Source of the DNA: a virus
Taxonomy: Duplodnaviria > Caudoviricetes
Length of the DNA stretch: 64,000 bases
Virus record (IMG/VR): IMGVR_UViG_3300013121_000017
Span: 197,681-261,680 of that record
Strand: one strand, 5' to 3'
The notes beneath the pieces were generated by a model that saw only the letters and a list, made by a program, of their open reading frames with translations, was not told where the DNA came from and made no database searches. Shown piece after piece: positions 25,435-35,644 of this stretch. The position numbers were made by a program, and so were the translations under genes. Numbering within the stretch: position 1 is the first letter of the stretch; the number at the start of each line of letters is the position of its first letter.

Positions 25435-27540
25435 ATGAACGAAGTTTCTACGAGCAACAAGAGCCTGTCCTTGTTGGACCGCGTTGCCGGACGATATGAC
25501 CGCCGGCAGTTCCAGAAGCTCAACGAGGAAATGACCTTCGCGGAGTATCTGGACCGGGTCCAGAAAAACCCACGCATCGCCCGTTCCGCTTACCAGCGAA
25601 TCTTCGACATGATCATGTCGAAGGGTTCCTACACCTACGAGCGGTATCGCAAGACCCTCACCCACTACAACTTCTTCGATGACGACGAGATTCCGATCTT
25701 CGACCTCGAAGACACGCTGGACGAGTTCGTCAAGTTCATCAAGGGTGCTGCCGGCTGCTACGGCACTGAGAAGCGTATTCTGCTTCTGCACGGGCCGGTA
25801 GGCTCGGCCAAGTCCACCATCCTCCGTTTGCTCAAGAAGGGCTTGGAGCGGTACAGCCGCACCGATGAAGGTGCGTGGTACACCTACAAGTGGGTGAACC
25901 TGCCGACTGGTTCGGACGGCATCTACACGCACACCGAAGACGAATGCCCGATGAACGAAGACCCGCTCAAGCTCATCCCGCTTGATCTGCGGCGTCAGTT
26001 GATCAACGAACTCAATATCACGCTGCTTGACAGCGTGCCGGAAGATCAGAAGGCAACGCAGTACACCCTCCAGACCAAGGGCGAACTGAACCCGCGTTGC
26101 AAGAAGTTCATGAACGAGCTTCTGAAGAAGTACGAGGGCGACTGGAAGAAGGTGGTCGAGAACCACATCGTCGTGATCCGCAAGGTTCACTCGGAAGCCG
26201 ACCGAGTCGGCATCGCAACCTTCCAGCCGAAGGACGAGAAGAACCAAGACTCGACCGAACTGACGGGCGACATCAACTTCGCCAAGATCCCGCACTTCGG
26301 ATCGGACTCTGACGCCCGCGCCTTCAACTTCGACGGCGAGTTTTGCGTCGGAAACCGGGGCGTGGTCGAGTTCATCGAAATGCTCAAGCTGGAGACGGCG
26401 TTCCTCTATGACCTCCTCGGAGCGTCCCAGGAACAGAACATCAAGCCGAAGAAGTTCAGCCAGATCGGCGTGGACGAAATGATCGTCGGCCACACCAACC
26501 AAGCTGACTTCGACAAGCTCAAGAACAACCAGTTCATGGAAGCTCTTCGCGACCGCACGGTCAAGATCGACGTGCCGTACATTGTGCGGTGGAGCCAGGA
26601 ACTCAAGGTTCTGGAGCAGGACTACGGTCCCGGCAAGGTCCGTCAGCACGTCGCTCCGCACACGCTGGAGATCGCGGCTCTCTGGGCCGTGTTGACCCGG
26701 TTGCAGGACGACAAGGACGGCAAGATCGACCTGATCCAGAAGGCCGAACTGTACGACGGCAAGCTGCTGCCGGGCTGGACCGAGGATTCGGTCAAAGAAC
26801 ACATGATGAAGCACGTCGGCGAGGGCATGACCACCGGCGTCTCGGCACGGTACGTTCAGGACAAGATCTCGAACTGCCTGTCGGCTCGGCACGACTACAT
26901 CAACTTCTTCATGGTCTTGAACGAGATCAAGGAAGGGTTGAACAACCACAGCCTGATCACCAACAAGGACCACATCGCACGTTACCTGACGTGTGTGGAA
27001 CTGGCGATCAAGAAGCTGGACGAAATCCTCAAGGCCGAAGTCCAGCGGGCCTTGGTCGGCGACGAAGACGCAATCGTCCGCCTGTGCGCCAACTACATCG
27101 ACAACGTCATGGCCTACATGAGCAAGGCCAAGGTCCGCAACAAGATCACGGGCCGCGACGAGCCGCCGGATGAGCGGCTGATGCGGAACATCGAGTCTCG
27201 CATCAAGATCCCCGAGCAGGGTGCTGATGACTTCCGTCGCATGATCGCGGCCTTCATCGGTGACTTGGCCCACAAGAAGCAAGAGTTCCGCTGGGACAGC
27301 AACCCGCTGCTCAAGAAGGCTCTTGAGGCCAAGCTGTACGAGGACACCAAGGATCACATCAAGCTGTCGGCCCTGAACGTCAGCGGTGCGACCGTGGTCC
27401 AGCCAGACCTGCAAGAGAAGATCGACGCCATCAAGACCCGACTCATCAAGCAGTACGGGTACAACGAGCAGTCGGCCAGCGACGTGCTTGACTACGTCGG
27501 CAGCATCTTCGCCCGTGGTGATCTCGCCGAGAAGGATTAA
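25435..27540 (+). CDS. prkA: PrkA/YeaG family AAA+ serine protein kinase
   Basis: RILLLHGPVGSAKST, CPMNEDPL, FQPKDEKNQDSTELTG, NRGVVEFIEMLK, EALRDR, APHTLE, GVSARY. Confidence 0.96.
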   Translation: MNEVSTSNKSLSLLDRVAGRYDRRQFQKLNEEMTFAEYLDRVQKNPRIARSAYQRIFDMIMSKGSYTYERYRKTLTHYNFFDDDEIPIFDLEDTLDEFVKFIKGAAGCYGTEKRILLLHGPVGSAKSTILRLLKKGLERYSRTDEGAWYTYKWVNLPTGSDGIYTHTEDECPMNEDPLKLIPLDLRRQLINELNITLLDSVPEDQKATQYTLQTKGELNPRCKKFMNELLKKYEGDWKKVVENHIVVIRKVHSEADRVGIATFQPKDEKNQDSTELTGDINFAKIPHFGSDSDARAFNFDGEFCVGNRGVVEFIEMLKLETAFLYDLLGASQEQNIKPKKFSQIGVDEMIVGHTNQADFDKLKNNQFMEALRDRTVKIDVPYIVRWSQELKVLEQDYGPGKVRQHVAPHTLEIAALWAVLTRLQDDKDGKIDLIQKAELYDGKLLPGWTEDSVKEHMMKHVGEGMTTGVSARYVQDKISNCLSARHDYINFFMVLNEIKEGLNNHSLITNKDHIARYLTCVELAIKKLDEILKAEVQRALVGDEDAIVRLCANYIDNVMAYMSKAKVRNKITGRDEPPDERLMRNIESRIKIPEQGADDFRRMIAAFIGDLAHKKQEFRWDSNPLLKKALEAKLYEDTKDHIKLSALNVSGATVVQPDLQEKIDAIKTRLIKQYGYNEQSASDVLDYVGSIFARGDLAEKD

Positions 27541-27556
27541 CCGTCTAAGGGGAATT

Positions 27557-27583
27557 GGTGCGTCCGCCCAGGACGCACCTTTT
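27557..27583 (+). terminator. Intrinsic terminator after prkA
   Basis: GGTGCGTCC-gccca-GGACGCACC-TTTT. Confidence 0.75.
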
Positions 27584-27606
27584 CTACTCGGACTAGGAGA
27601 AAACCA

Positions 27607-27861
27607 GTGCCAGCAACAGCACCAGCTTCGTGTAATCCCTGGCTGGGGCGAAAACAGAACAGGGACATGCTCGAAAAACTCAACGAATTGTTCATAGACG
27701 CTTGGGCGGATGATGGCACATACGGAGATGTTGCTGCCAAGCTCAACAACGATCTCATGGACTTTTTCTTCTCCTGTCTCATCGATCAGGTGGATAGTGA
27801 CGAAGACACCATCACAGTCAGATTCAAGGTTCCACCGCCAGAACACACCTTAGACGTGTGA
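27607..27861 (+). CDS. Hypothetical protein
   Basis: SD AGGAG before GTG 27607. Confidence 0.55.
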   Translation: MPATAPASCNPWLGRKQNRDMLEKLNELFIDAWADDGTYGDVAAKLNNDLMDFFFSCLIDQVDSDEDTITVRFKVPPPEHTLDV

Positions 27862-27888
27862 GCCGGCAGGAGCCGAACAGAGGCGATC

Positions 27889-28323
27889 ATGGATCAGGAC
27901 AAGCTGAAGCTCAGTACGACAACAGATGGTCAGCCGCCGCGTCCTGGCTATGAGACTGCCGGCGCACCGGCCCCCATCAATCCCAAGACAGGTCAACACG
28001 AAGCGTATTGGGTTCTTTCCGAAGAAGAACGAGCCAAGGGGTTTGTCCGGCCTGTTCGTTACAGCTATGTCCACAAGAAATGCGGTGTCGAGACTCGGAT
28101 GGGCAGGGCGTTGTGCGAGACTTACGCCCGTGACCCAAAATACTACGGTGCGACCATGTGTGTTGGTTGCGGAACGCATTACTCGCTGAGGACCGTGGAT
28201 GGTTGGCAGTTCTTCTGGGAACCAGACGGCGACCCAGTTGGTTCGGATGCCGAAGAAGCCGCAGAGTATTTCGCCGAGAAGAAGGCCGCTGAGTCTCAGA
28301 AGCACCTGGGAGCCGGCATCTAA
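27889..28323 (+). CDS. Hypothetical zinc-binding phage protein
   Basis: LSEEERAKGFVRPVR.SYVH..CG..YARDPKYYGATMCVGC. Confidence 0.75.
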   Translation: MDQDKLKLSTTTDGQPPRPGYETAGAPAPINPKTGQHEAYWVLSEEERAKGFVRPVRYSYVHKKCGVETRMGRALCETYARDPKYYGATMCVGCGTHYSLRTVDGWQFFWEPDGDPVGSDAEEAAEYFAEKKAAESQKHLGAGI

Positions 28324-28334
28324 AGGAGCAACCA

Positions 28335-29570
28335 GTGCCACGCAGAATTCAAGAAGACCACAAGGATTTCCGCGATGTGGTTTCAGGCCGCATCCGCAAA
28401 GCCTTGAAGAAATTCATCAAGTCGGGCAAGTTCACCCGACACCGGGGACGGAACGGCAAGATCGTTATCTCGATTCCGCAGATCGACGTGCCTCACATTG
28501 TCTTCGGTGACAACGAGGAAGGCATCGGTCGCGGCCAGGGCAAGCCAGGGGACATCATCGACCAAGACCCGCAGCCGGGACAGGGCCAGGGCGGTGGTCA
28601 GGGTGATGAGCATGAAGGCATCATGATTACCCTGAACTTGGACGACGTTCTCAAGTTCATGGAAGATGAACTCGAACTGCCGAACCTGAAGCCCAAGCCC
28701 AACCAGACCTTTGAAGACATCGAGATCAAGTACACGAACATCTCGCTCGTCGGCCCGGAGAGCCTGCGTCACACCCGACGCACCATGCTCCAGGCGTTGA
28801 AGCGGATGGCGTCTACCGGCGAGATCAACAAGCTACACAGTATTCCTGGGTTCACTGACCCGGTGAAGCTGATTCTGCCGATCAACAGCGACAAGCGTTA
28901 CCGGCAGTTCCGAGAGGTCAAGGTTCCGTCGTCCAACGCGGCCATCATCTTCGCCCGTGACGGCTCGGGATCGATGGACATCGAGAAGTGCGAGATCGTC
29001 AGTGACATGGCGTGGTGGATCGACGTGTGGATTCGCCGCTTCTACAAGCGGGTCGAACGCATGTGGGTCTGGCACGACAACGCCGCCCGCGAAGTGGACG
29101 AAGACACGTTCTTCCGTCTGCGTGAGGGCGGCGGCACGACTGTGTCCTCGGCCTTCAACTTGATTGCGGAGCAGTTCGAGAACAGGTTCCCGCCGGGCAA
29201 GTGGAACGTGTATGTGTTCTACTTCACGGACGGCGAGAACTGGCCTGACGACAACGCCAAAGTTATCAAGCGGCTCGAAGAAAGCTTCGGCCCAATGAAC
29301 GTCAACTTCGTGGGTGTGACTCAGGTCATGTCTTACACCTACGAAGGGACAGTGAAGGAAGCTCTCGACACAGCCATCAAGGAAGGTACGCTGAGTTCTG
29401 ACCTGATCAGGACCACTAACATTGGTCCCATGATCGAGACTGATAGTGACACCCCAATGATGATCTACGACCTCCCAAGTCTTACGGACGAGGAACGGGA
29501 CGAGCAGATCATGAACGCCATCAAAGACTTGCTCGGTAAGCAGCAGGCTAAAATGGCCTCTGACGATTAA
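28335..29570 (+). CDS. yeaH: YeaH/YhbH (DUF444) vWA-domain protein
   Basis: ELELPNLKPK, DGSGSM, GGTTVSSA, WNVYVFYFTDGENW.DDN. Confidence 0.93.
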   Translation: MPRRIQEDHKDFRDVVSGRIRKALKKFIKSGKFTRHRGRNGKIVISIPQIDVPHIVFGDNEEGIGRGQGKPGDIIDQDPQPGQGQGGGQGDEHEGIMITLNLDDVLKFMEDELELPNLKPKPNQTFEDIEIKYTNISLVGPESLRHTRRTMLQALKRMASTGEINKLHSIPGFTDPVKLILPINSDKRYRQFREVKVPSSNAAIIFARDGSGSMDIEKCEIVSDMAWWIDVWIRRFYKRVERMWVWHDNAAREVDEDTFFRLREGGGTTVSSAFNLIAEQFENRFPPGKWNVYVFYFTDGENWPDDNAKVIKRLEESFGPMNVNFVGVTQVMSYTYEGTVKEALDTAIKEGTLSSDLIRTTNIGPMIETDSDTPMMIYDLPSLTDEERDEQIMNAIKDLLGKQQAKMASDD

Positions 29571-29594
29571 CAGCGGGCCATACGGAGACTGACA

Positions 29595-31208
29595 ATGTCC
29601 CAGAAGTTCATGACGGGCATGCCCCTGCTGATGGGCGATAACACGGTTCCTGGCGCTCCCATGCCCAAGGAACTGAAAGAGCTTATCCCCACCATCTTCA
29701 GGGTCTGCACTGAGTTTGGTTTGGACTACTACCCAACGGTGGTCCAGTTGCTAACCTACGACGAAGTCAGCGAAATCGCTGCCTACGGCGGATTCCCCGT
29801 TCGTTATCCTCACTGGCAGTGGGGCATGGAGTATGAGGAACTCCAGCGTGGGTATGAGTACGGCATGCACAAGATCTACGAGATGGTCATCAACTCGAAT
29901 CCGTGCTACCTGTACTGTCTCCACAGCAACACCCTGGTGGACAACATCACGGTGATCGCGCACGCCCTCGGCCACTGCCACTTCTTCAAGAACAACGTGT
30001 TCTTTGAGCCGACGCAGAGGTTCGCCCGCGATTACAACATGATCAATGAGCTTGCCAATCACGGCAACCGGATCAGGGAGTACATGACGCGGTGGGGCAA
30101 GGAAAAGGTCACCGAGTTCATCGATCACATTCTTCGCATCGACACGTTGATCGATCCGTCCTCGGCCTGGGACGAGAAGGTCGCCCGCGACGTGGTCATC
30201 CGTGATACTCGCAAGTACCGCCAGCCGCGTCGGCTCAAGGTGGACGACAAGCGTCGTCACATGGAAGACTGGATCAACCCACGGGAGTGGAAGGACAGGG
30301 AGAAGAAGCGGATCGACCGTAAGGAAGCCGCCGAAGATCTGGGCCTGTTTGATGGGTCGATCAAGGACATCATGGGGTTCCTTCGCGACAACGCCCCGTT
30401 CAAGCCGTGGCAGGCCGACATCTTCAGCATGCTCTACGAGGAGGCTCTGTACTTCTCGCCGCAGGGCAAGACGAAGATGATCAACGAAGGCTTCGCAAGC
30501 TGGGTGGACTACAACATCATGGCCAAGATGGGCTATGTCAGCCTGGGCCAGAAGGACAAGTCCGCTGGCATCGTGGAGTACGCCGACCACAAGATGGGTG
30601 TACTCGGTGGCCATTACTCGCTCAATCCGTACAAGCTGGGCTTCAGCCTGTTGCTTGACATTGAGGAGCGATGGGACCGTGGGCAGTTCGGCCAGGAGTG
30701 GGAAGACTGCAAGGATATGAAGAAGCGTAAGGAGTGGGACACGAAGGCCATGCTTGGCAAGCAGAAGGTCTTCGAGGTCTGCAAGAACTACGACGATCCA
30801 ATGTTGATCGCCGAGTTCTTCACCGAAGACTTCTGCCGCAAGATGGAGTTCTTCACTTGGAAGCACTATCCGAATGGTGATACCAAGCTGGAAACCATCG
30901 ACTACCCGAAGATCAAAGCCATGCTGATGAAGAGGTTCACCAACCGTGGACTTCCCGACATCAGGTTGGTCGAGCCGAACCACCGTGGCCGTGGCCAGTT
31001 GTTGTTGCAGGACTTCAGTGCCAGCGGCACGCTGTACGACCCCTACCTGCGGGAAACGATGACTTCGCTCCGCGCACTCTGGGGCAACGACGTACTGGTT
31101 GCGACCAAGAACAAGGATGGAAGTGAAATCGTTTATCACTGTCACGGCAGCGAAGCGGAGAAGGGAGTCACCGTCAAGAGCCGTGAGAAGTACGAGAAGG
31201 GCGAGTGA
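29595..31208 (+). CDS. spoVR: SpoVR/YcgB family protein
   Basis: GGFPVRYPHW.WG, KIYEMVINSNPC, AHALGHCHFFKNN, TKMINEGFASW, NPYKLG. Confidence 0.95.
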   Translation: MSQKFMTGMPLLMGDNTVPGAPMPKELKELIPTIFRVCTEFGLDYYPTVVQLLTYDEVSEIAAYGGFPVRYPHWQWGMEYEELQRGYEYGMHKIYEMVINSNPCYLYCLHSNTLVDNITVIAHALGHCHFFKNNVFFEPTQRFARDYNMINELANHGNRIREYMTRWGKEKVTEFIDHILRIDTLIDPSSAWDEKVARDVVIRDTRKYRQPRRLKVDDKRRHMEDWINPREWKDREKKRIDRKEAAEDLGLFDGSIKDIMGFLRDNAPFKPWQADIFSMLYEEALYFSPQGKTKMINEGFASWVDYNIMAKMGYVSLGQKDKSAGIVEYADHKMGVLGGHYSLNPYKLGFSLLLDIEERWDRGQFGQEWEDCKDMKKRKEWDTKAMLGKQKVFEVCKNYDDPMLIAEFFTEDFCRKMEFFTWKHYPNGDTKLETIDYPKIKAMLMKRFTNRGLPDIRLVEPNHRGRGQLLLQDFSASGTLYDPYLRETMTSLRALWGNDVLVATKNKDGSEIVYHCHGSEAEKGVTVKSREKYEKGE

Positions 31209-31375
31209 TGAATCTGACGATCTTCAATAACGAGACGCCGCAGGAGGTCATGGACCAACTGCGGTTTGTCTTGATGGAGTTCGGTGTGGTCCTTGATGTC
31301 GTGCAGAACGACAAGGAAAGCACCACCTACTCGTTCACGGCAGCAAAACTGCTCGATGACCCGGAGGAAGCATGA
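31208..31375 (+). CDS. Small hypothetical protein (55 aa)
   Basis: TGATG overlap with spoVR and ATGA overlap with the next gene. Not in the ORF track. Confidence 0.55.
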   Translation: MNLTIFNNETPQEVMDQLRFVLMEFGVVLDVVQNDKESTTYSFTAAKLLDDPEEA

Positions 31376-31563
31376 AGAAAAGTGAGAAGGACATTGTTGA
31401 AGTGTGGGTAGCAGAGATCCCCGGTGTCGAAATGAAAGTCTTTGGCCAGGACAAGGAAGGGGCTGCTACATACTGTCGGGAGCATACTCCCGATGCAGTT
31501 ATGTGGGACATGATGTCTGGGCCTTCGACCAAGGACTACGATGACCCGAAAGCGAACGACTAA
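31372..31563 (+). CDS. Hypothetical protein
   Basis: SD GGAGG; 63 aa. Confidence 0.55.
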   Translation: MKKSEKDIVEVWVAEIPGVEMKVFGQDKEGAATYCREHTPDAVMWDMMSGPSTKDYDDPKAND

Positions 31564-32236
31564 ACCGGCTAAACCGGCTCTTCCTGATGTCAATGACGTA
31601 CTTGCACAAATTCACCGTGACAGCATTTGTACTGCAACCAGAGAAATCTGGTTGCACAGTACGCCTGCCGGTGAAGACGAGCCGGGCATTGAATACCGCA
31701 TGGCCACAACGTTTCTCAAGAACCTCAGTGTGCTTGAGAGAGACGATGTCGGCCACATCCTGATCCACATGCACGTCATTGGCGGCGAGTGGAACGACGG
31801 CATGGCCATCTACGACGCCATCAAGCTGTCCCCCTGTGACATCACCATCATTGCTTACGCACAAGCCTCTTCCATGTCGGGCATCATCTTGCAGGCCGCT
31901 AAAACGCGGCTCTTGATGCCCAACTGCGAGTTCATGGCGCACACCGGCAGTGTCGATGCGGCCCTGGAAACAAGAACGGCAGCCACGCTCGCCGCCAGGA
32001 ACATGCAGAACCACAGCATCATGCTGGATATTTTTACCCAGCGGTGCAAGAACGCCCCTTTGCACAAGGGGATGACGTTTGAACAGGTCCGTCATAAGAT
32101 AGACCAATGGATGAAGGACAAGGGCGAGATCAACATCCTGGCCCCTGAAGCTGTCGAAAACGGCTTTGCGGACGATGTCATCGGGTCGAAGAAGTACCCA
32201 TCTGTCATGCAGACGTGGGCCGCGTTGTTCGGTTGA
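31541..32236 (+). CDS. clpP: ClpP-like serine protease
   Basis: GGEWNDGMAIYDAIK, AQASSMS (Ser), EFMAH (His), LAPEAVENGFADDVI. Confidence 0.85.
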   Translation: MTRKRTTKPAKPALPDVNDVLAQIHRDSICTATREIWLHSTPAGEDEPGIEYRMATTFLKNLSVLERDDVGHILIHMHVIGGEWNDGMAIYDAIKLSPCDITIIAYAQASSMSGIILQAAKTRLLMPNCEFMAHTGSVDAALETRTAATLAARNMQNHSIMLDIFTQRCKNAPLHKGMTFEQVRHKIDQWMKDKGEINILAPEAVENGFADDVIGSKKYPSVMQTWAALFG

Positions 32237-32261
32237 CGTGTGGGAGCAAAATGGTTATAGT
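32233..32261 (+). promoter_or_regulatory. sigma70-type promoter upstream of dnaE-N
   Basis: TTGACG-17 nt-TATAGT. Confidence 0.7.
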
Positions 32262-32293
32262 CAGGCCGGTCAACAGGCGAGAGGGCTACATCC

Positions 32294-33709
32294 GTGACTC
32301 CCAAAATTGTCGGCTTCGAGCATTTGCACCTCCACACCGACTTCTCCCTTCTCGACGGGTTCGGGATGGTCGAGGAGTATTCGGAAAACTGGAAGGGAAA
32401 AGGCCGCTTCCTCTGTATCAGCGACCACGGCATGATGGGTGCGGTTCCGCGCCAAATCGCTGCTTGCGAGAAGGTTTGCGACGAACTCAAAGACAAGAAC
32501 GCCCTCTCGCCGATCTTCGCCTGCGAGTTGTACATCAACCGCTACCACACCGAAGCGACCCCGGATGCGGCGAGTCGCGACAAGTTTGTCAACACCCTCA
32601 ACGAAGAAGAGAAGAAGGGATTCCGCGTCCGGGGTGCGCACCTTCTCGCCATCGCCTACAACTCGACCGGCTACAAAAACCTCATCCGACTCACGACCTG
32701 GGCGTACCTGTACGGGTTCTACGGCAAACCCCGCGTCAACTATGAGCAGTTGATGAAGCATAAGGAAGGGTTGATTTTCACTTCCTGTTGCTACAACTCT
32801 GAGATCGGCAAGGCATTCGAGTACGGCGGCGAAACCTGGGAAGAGAAGCGGGATGCAGCCGCCCAGGTTGTCGAGCGATACATGGCGATGTTCGGGGACA
32901 AGTTCTACCTCGAAATCATGATGCTCGACTTCAAGAAGCAAAAGCCCTACGACCGCTTCATTCTCTGGGCAGCCGATAAGTACGGCCTTCCCATCATCCT
33001 CACCAACGACTGTCACTACTGCCTGCCCGAGGATTCCGAGTTTCAGCAACTGATGCTGATGCAACAGACCGGCAAAACCGTTCTCGACATCCAGAAGGCG
33101 ATGACCGAAGAAGGTATCCAAGATCTCTTCGAGTTGCAAGACAAGCAACTGTCGCAGAAATCCGAAGAGCAACTGAACGACTTCTACGTTGCGAACTACC
33201 GTGACACCATTCCGCCCGAGATCTACGAGCAGGCGAAGCTGAATACGGTCAAGATCTGCGAGATGTGCAAAGGCGTCAAACTGGATCGACGCAACAAGCT
33301 TCCGAAACTGCCCGACGCCGAACTTCAACTTCAGGAGTACATCAACAGGGGCTTTCGCGAACGTCACATCGTTGGGGTCGAATACAAACGCCGCGCCGCT
33401 ATCGAGTATGAATTGATCTGTCGCAAGGGGTTCGCCAGTTACTTCCTCATTCAGAAGAAGATGGTGGATGAGGCTCGGCGGTACTATCGAGAAGATCTGA
33501 AGCTTGGCAGTGGCTACGAAGCTGTGGGGCCGGGACGTGGTTCTGCCGTGGGTGCGTTGACATGTTATCTGCTCGGCATTACCGATGTTGATCCGGTCGA
33601 GGAAGATCTGCTGTTCGACCGTTTCCTGAGCGACAGCCGTGGCGGTCGCCAGATCAAACTACGTTTCAGTATCGACCCACTGCCCGCGCAAGAAGAAGGG
33701 GCTGCCTAA
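32294..33709 (+). CDS. dnaE: DNA polymerase III alpha, N-terminal part (PHP domain + start of palm)
   Basis: HLHLHTDFSLLDG, SDHG, FYGKPR, TNDCHY, GPGRGSAVG, LLGITDVDP, LLFDRFL; stops before PDIDxD. Confidence 0.9.
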   Translation: MTPKIVGFEHLHLHTDFSLLDGFGMVEEYSENWKGKGRFLCISDHGMMGAVPRQIAACEKVCDELKDKNALSPIFACELYINRYHTEATPDAASRDKFVNTLNEEEKKGFRVRGAHLLAIAYNSTGYKNLIRLTTWAYLYGFYGKPRVNYEQLMKHKEGLIFTSCCYNSEIGKAFEYGGETWEEKRDAAAQVVERYMAMFGDKFYLEIMMLDFKKQKPYDRFILWAADKYGLPIILTNDCHYCLPEDSEFQQLMLMQQTGKTVLDIQKAMTEEGIQDLFELQDKQLSQKSEEQLNDFYVANYRDTIPPEIYEQAKLNTVKICEMCKGVKLDRRNKLPKLPDAELQLQEYINRGFRERHIVGVEYKRRAAIEYELICRKGFASYFLIQKKMVDEARRYYREDLKLGSGYEAVGPGRGSAVGALTCYLLGITDVDPVEEDLLFDRFLSDSRGGRQIKLRFSIDPLPAQEEGAA

Positions 33710-33717
33710 GCAGCCCC
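33698..33717. terminator. Hairpin between convergent genes
   Basis: GGGGCTGC-ctaa-GCAGCCCC; weak U-tract. Confidence 0.5.
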
Positions 33718-33723
33718 AAGTGG

Positions 33724-35028
33724 TTAGTCGTCTTCTTCCCAAGGCATCTTCTTGGGCGTGTCGTCGTCCTCGTCATCGAGGTCGTCGTCTTCGTCGTCGT
33801 CGCTGTCAAGGTCGAGGTCGTCTTCGTCGTCGTCATCATCGCCGTCGAAGTCGATCTTTCCTTCATCGTCATCCGGCGGCGGGGCGTCTTCGCCTTCATC
33901 GTCATCGTCGCCAGGATGTGTGTTGCCAGCGTGCGGATCTTCTGGTGGGCCTTCTTCATCGTTGCCAAGATCCAAGTCGCTGACCGCGCCCTTGTCGTCT
34001 TTGCCGCCCAGATCCATGCCGCCGCCTTCGCCGCCGTCCAGATCTAAGCCGCCTGCTTCGTCTTCGCCGCCCTTGTCGTCGTCCAGATCCAAGCCGCCCT
34101 TGTCGTCCTTGCCGCCGTCCAGATCGAGATCGTCGCCTTCCTTGTCGGGGTCTTCGTCTCCGTCTCCGAGATCCAGATCACTGTCGTTGTCTTCTTCGGT
34201 TTCGTCCGTGTCAAGGTCGTCAAGATCCATGTCATCTTTGTGAGCCGGTTCATCGACTTCTTCGTGGAGCTTGGCCTTCTTCCGAAGCTCTTCGCGGTTT
34301 TCGCGGATGGCCTTTTCCAGCCGCCGGCTGAATGCTTCGCCTTGTTCGCTGTCAATCAGCTTGGCGAGAGCGGTGTAGGATTCCGGCAGTTGCAGAAGTT
34401 CGCCGAGCAGGGTGGCCGCACATCCGGCACGCTTCGCCTCACGGACGAGAGCGTGACGGAGGTTCACGTTCTCGTTGGCGAGGTAGGTGACGTAGCGAAT
34501 CGCCTGGATTGGGTCTGGGTGGAACGCTCCGACCGAGTAGGCTACAACGTGTGGAGCCTTCTTGTTTTCACAACCGCAGTGTTCGTTCAAGCCCTTCTTG
34601 ACGTGCTTTGCGAACTGCGATGTGGACATGCCTTCTGTTTTTGCCAGGAATGCTTCTGTCTTTGAGCCGGTGTTCGGCCACGTTTTTGACTTCGATCCGC
34701 CTGGGACGCCTTGCTCGGACTTGCTGACGCCGTCCTTGCCGCCGTACCAGCCGTCGCCCGGTTCGTAGACCAGAGCTTTGTCGCCCATGTCGGCGAAGCC
34801 GCCCTTTTCGGCCTTCTTGGGAGCCTTGTCAGTGCCGCTCTTGTAGGCTGCGGGCGTACCCTTCTTGCCGACGTTGGGAACCTCCCAGCCTTTACCCTTG
34901 GTCGCACCTTTGGCGGGCGACTTCGGCTTCGGGCCTTTGTAGTCGGGCGTTGCTTCGACCGGCGGCTTGGATAGAACCTTGCCACGGTCGGTCATGTATT
35001 CCTGAAACGAGTGAAATGTCTTGCTCAT
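33724..35028 (-). CDS. Putative prohead core/internal protein: basic N-terminal half, very acidic C-terminal half
   Basis: MSKTFHSFQEYM; K/G/P-rich N-terminus; D/E-rich tail with DLDL repeats. Confidence 0.7.
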   Translation of the reverse strand: MSKTFHSFQEYMTDRGKVLSKPPVEATPDYKGPKPKSPAKGATKGKGWEVPNVGKKGTPAAYKSGTDKAPKKAEKGGFADMGDKALVYEPGDGWYGGKDGVSKSEQGVPGGSKSKTWPNTGSKTEAFLAKTEGMSTSQFAKHVKKGLNEHCGCENKKAPHVVAYSVGAFHPDPIQAIRYVTYLANENVNLRHALVREAKRAGCAATLLGELLQLPESYTALAKLIDSEQGEAFSRRLEKAIRENREELRKKAKLHEEVDEPAHKDDMDLDDLDTDETEEDNDSDLDLGDGDEDPDKEGDDLDLDGGKDDKGGLDLDDDKGGEDEAGGLDLDGGEGGGMDLGGKDDKGAVSDLDLGNDEEGPPEDPHAGNTHPGDDDDEGEDAPPPDDDEGKIDFDGDDDDDEDDLDLDSDDDEDDDLDDEDDDTPKKMPWEEDD

Positions 35029-35038
35029 GTTCCTCCGG

Positions 35039-35614
35039 TTATTCGGCTGGCGTGGCGGTCGTACCAGAGCCAGGGCCGACCAGATTATTTAGGAAACCTT
35101 GCATCAACTCGTTGATACGAGTTCGGTCCTTTTTGGACACTTCCCTTTCGAGTGTGGCTCGACGTAAATCGCGGGTTCCTCGAAGGGTTGGGTCATCTGT
35201 TCTCATCGCCGAGCCGGCTTCTGTCATGCTGAACAGAATGTTGGCAACGGTCTGAAGACCCATTGACCCAGAACGCAATGCACATGTCAGAAAGAGTTCA
35301 CCCGCCTTGCGGGGCGAGAGATACGGGTACTGTCTGGCTGTTTTCTCGGCTGCCGCCTGGACTGTGTGGGCGTCGGCCTGTTCGGATTTTACGGCGTCAC
35401 TGACTGCTGCCATGAACTCAGTTGCAATTCCCTGGATGTTCCTGTCGGAGGAGATGGCTCTGGGGGTGGGGTTGGCACGCATGGCGCGGCGGTCGCGTCC
35501 AACTACGGTTCGTAGTTTGTCTTCGCCTGCACTGGTAAACGGCCAGACTTCGTCCAGTTGCTGGAATTCTGGGTGACGGCTGGCAACCCATTCAGAGAAT
35601 TTCGTTTTCTTCAT
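35039..35614 (-). CDS. Putative internal head protein (capsid-targeting-like N-terminus)
   Basis: SD AGGAG; MKKTKFSEWVASRHPEFQQLDE. Confidence 0.65.
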   Translation of the reverse strand: MKKTKFSEWVASRHPEFQQLDEVWPFTSAGEDKLRTVVGRDRRAMRANPTPRAISSDRNIQGIATEFMAAVSDAVKSEQADAHTVQAAAEKTARQYPYLSPRKAGELFLTCALRSGSMGLQTVANILFSMTEAGSAMRTDDPTLRGTRDLRRATLEREVSKKDRTRINELMQGFLNNLVGPGSGTTATPAE

Positions 35615-35644
35615 GACGCTCCTGAACTGAAAACTTGCTTGACC

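Noticed and set aside
25378-27846. Very long antisense ORFs (822 aa here; also 6175-8067, 29751-31145, 36959-38566, 51605-54771)
   Set aside because: They mirror well-conserved sense genes; GC3-rich codon usage suppresses antisense stops; no motifs.
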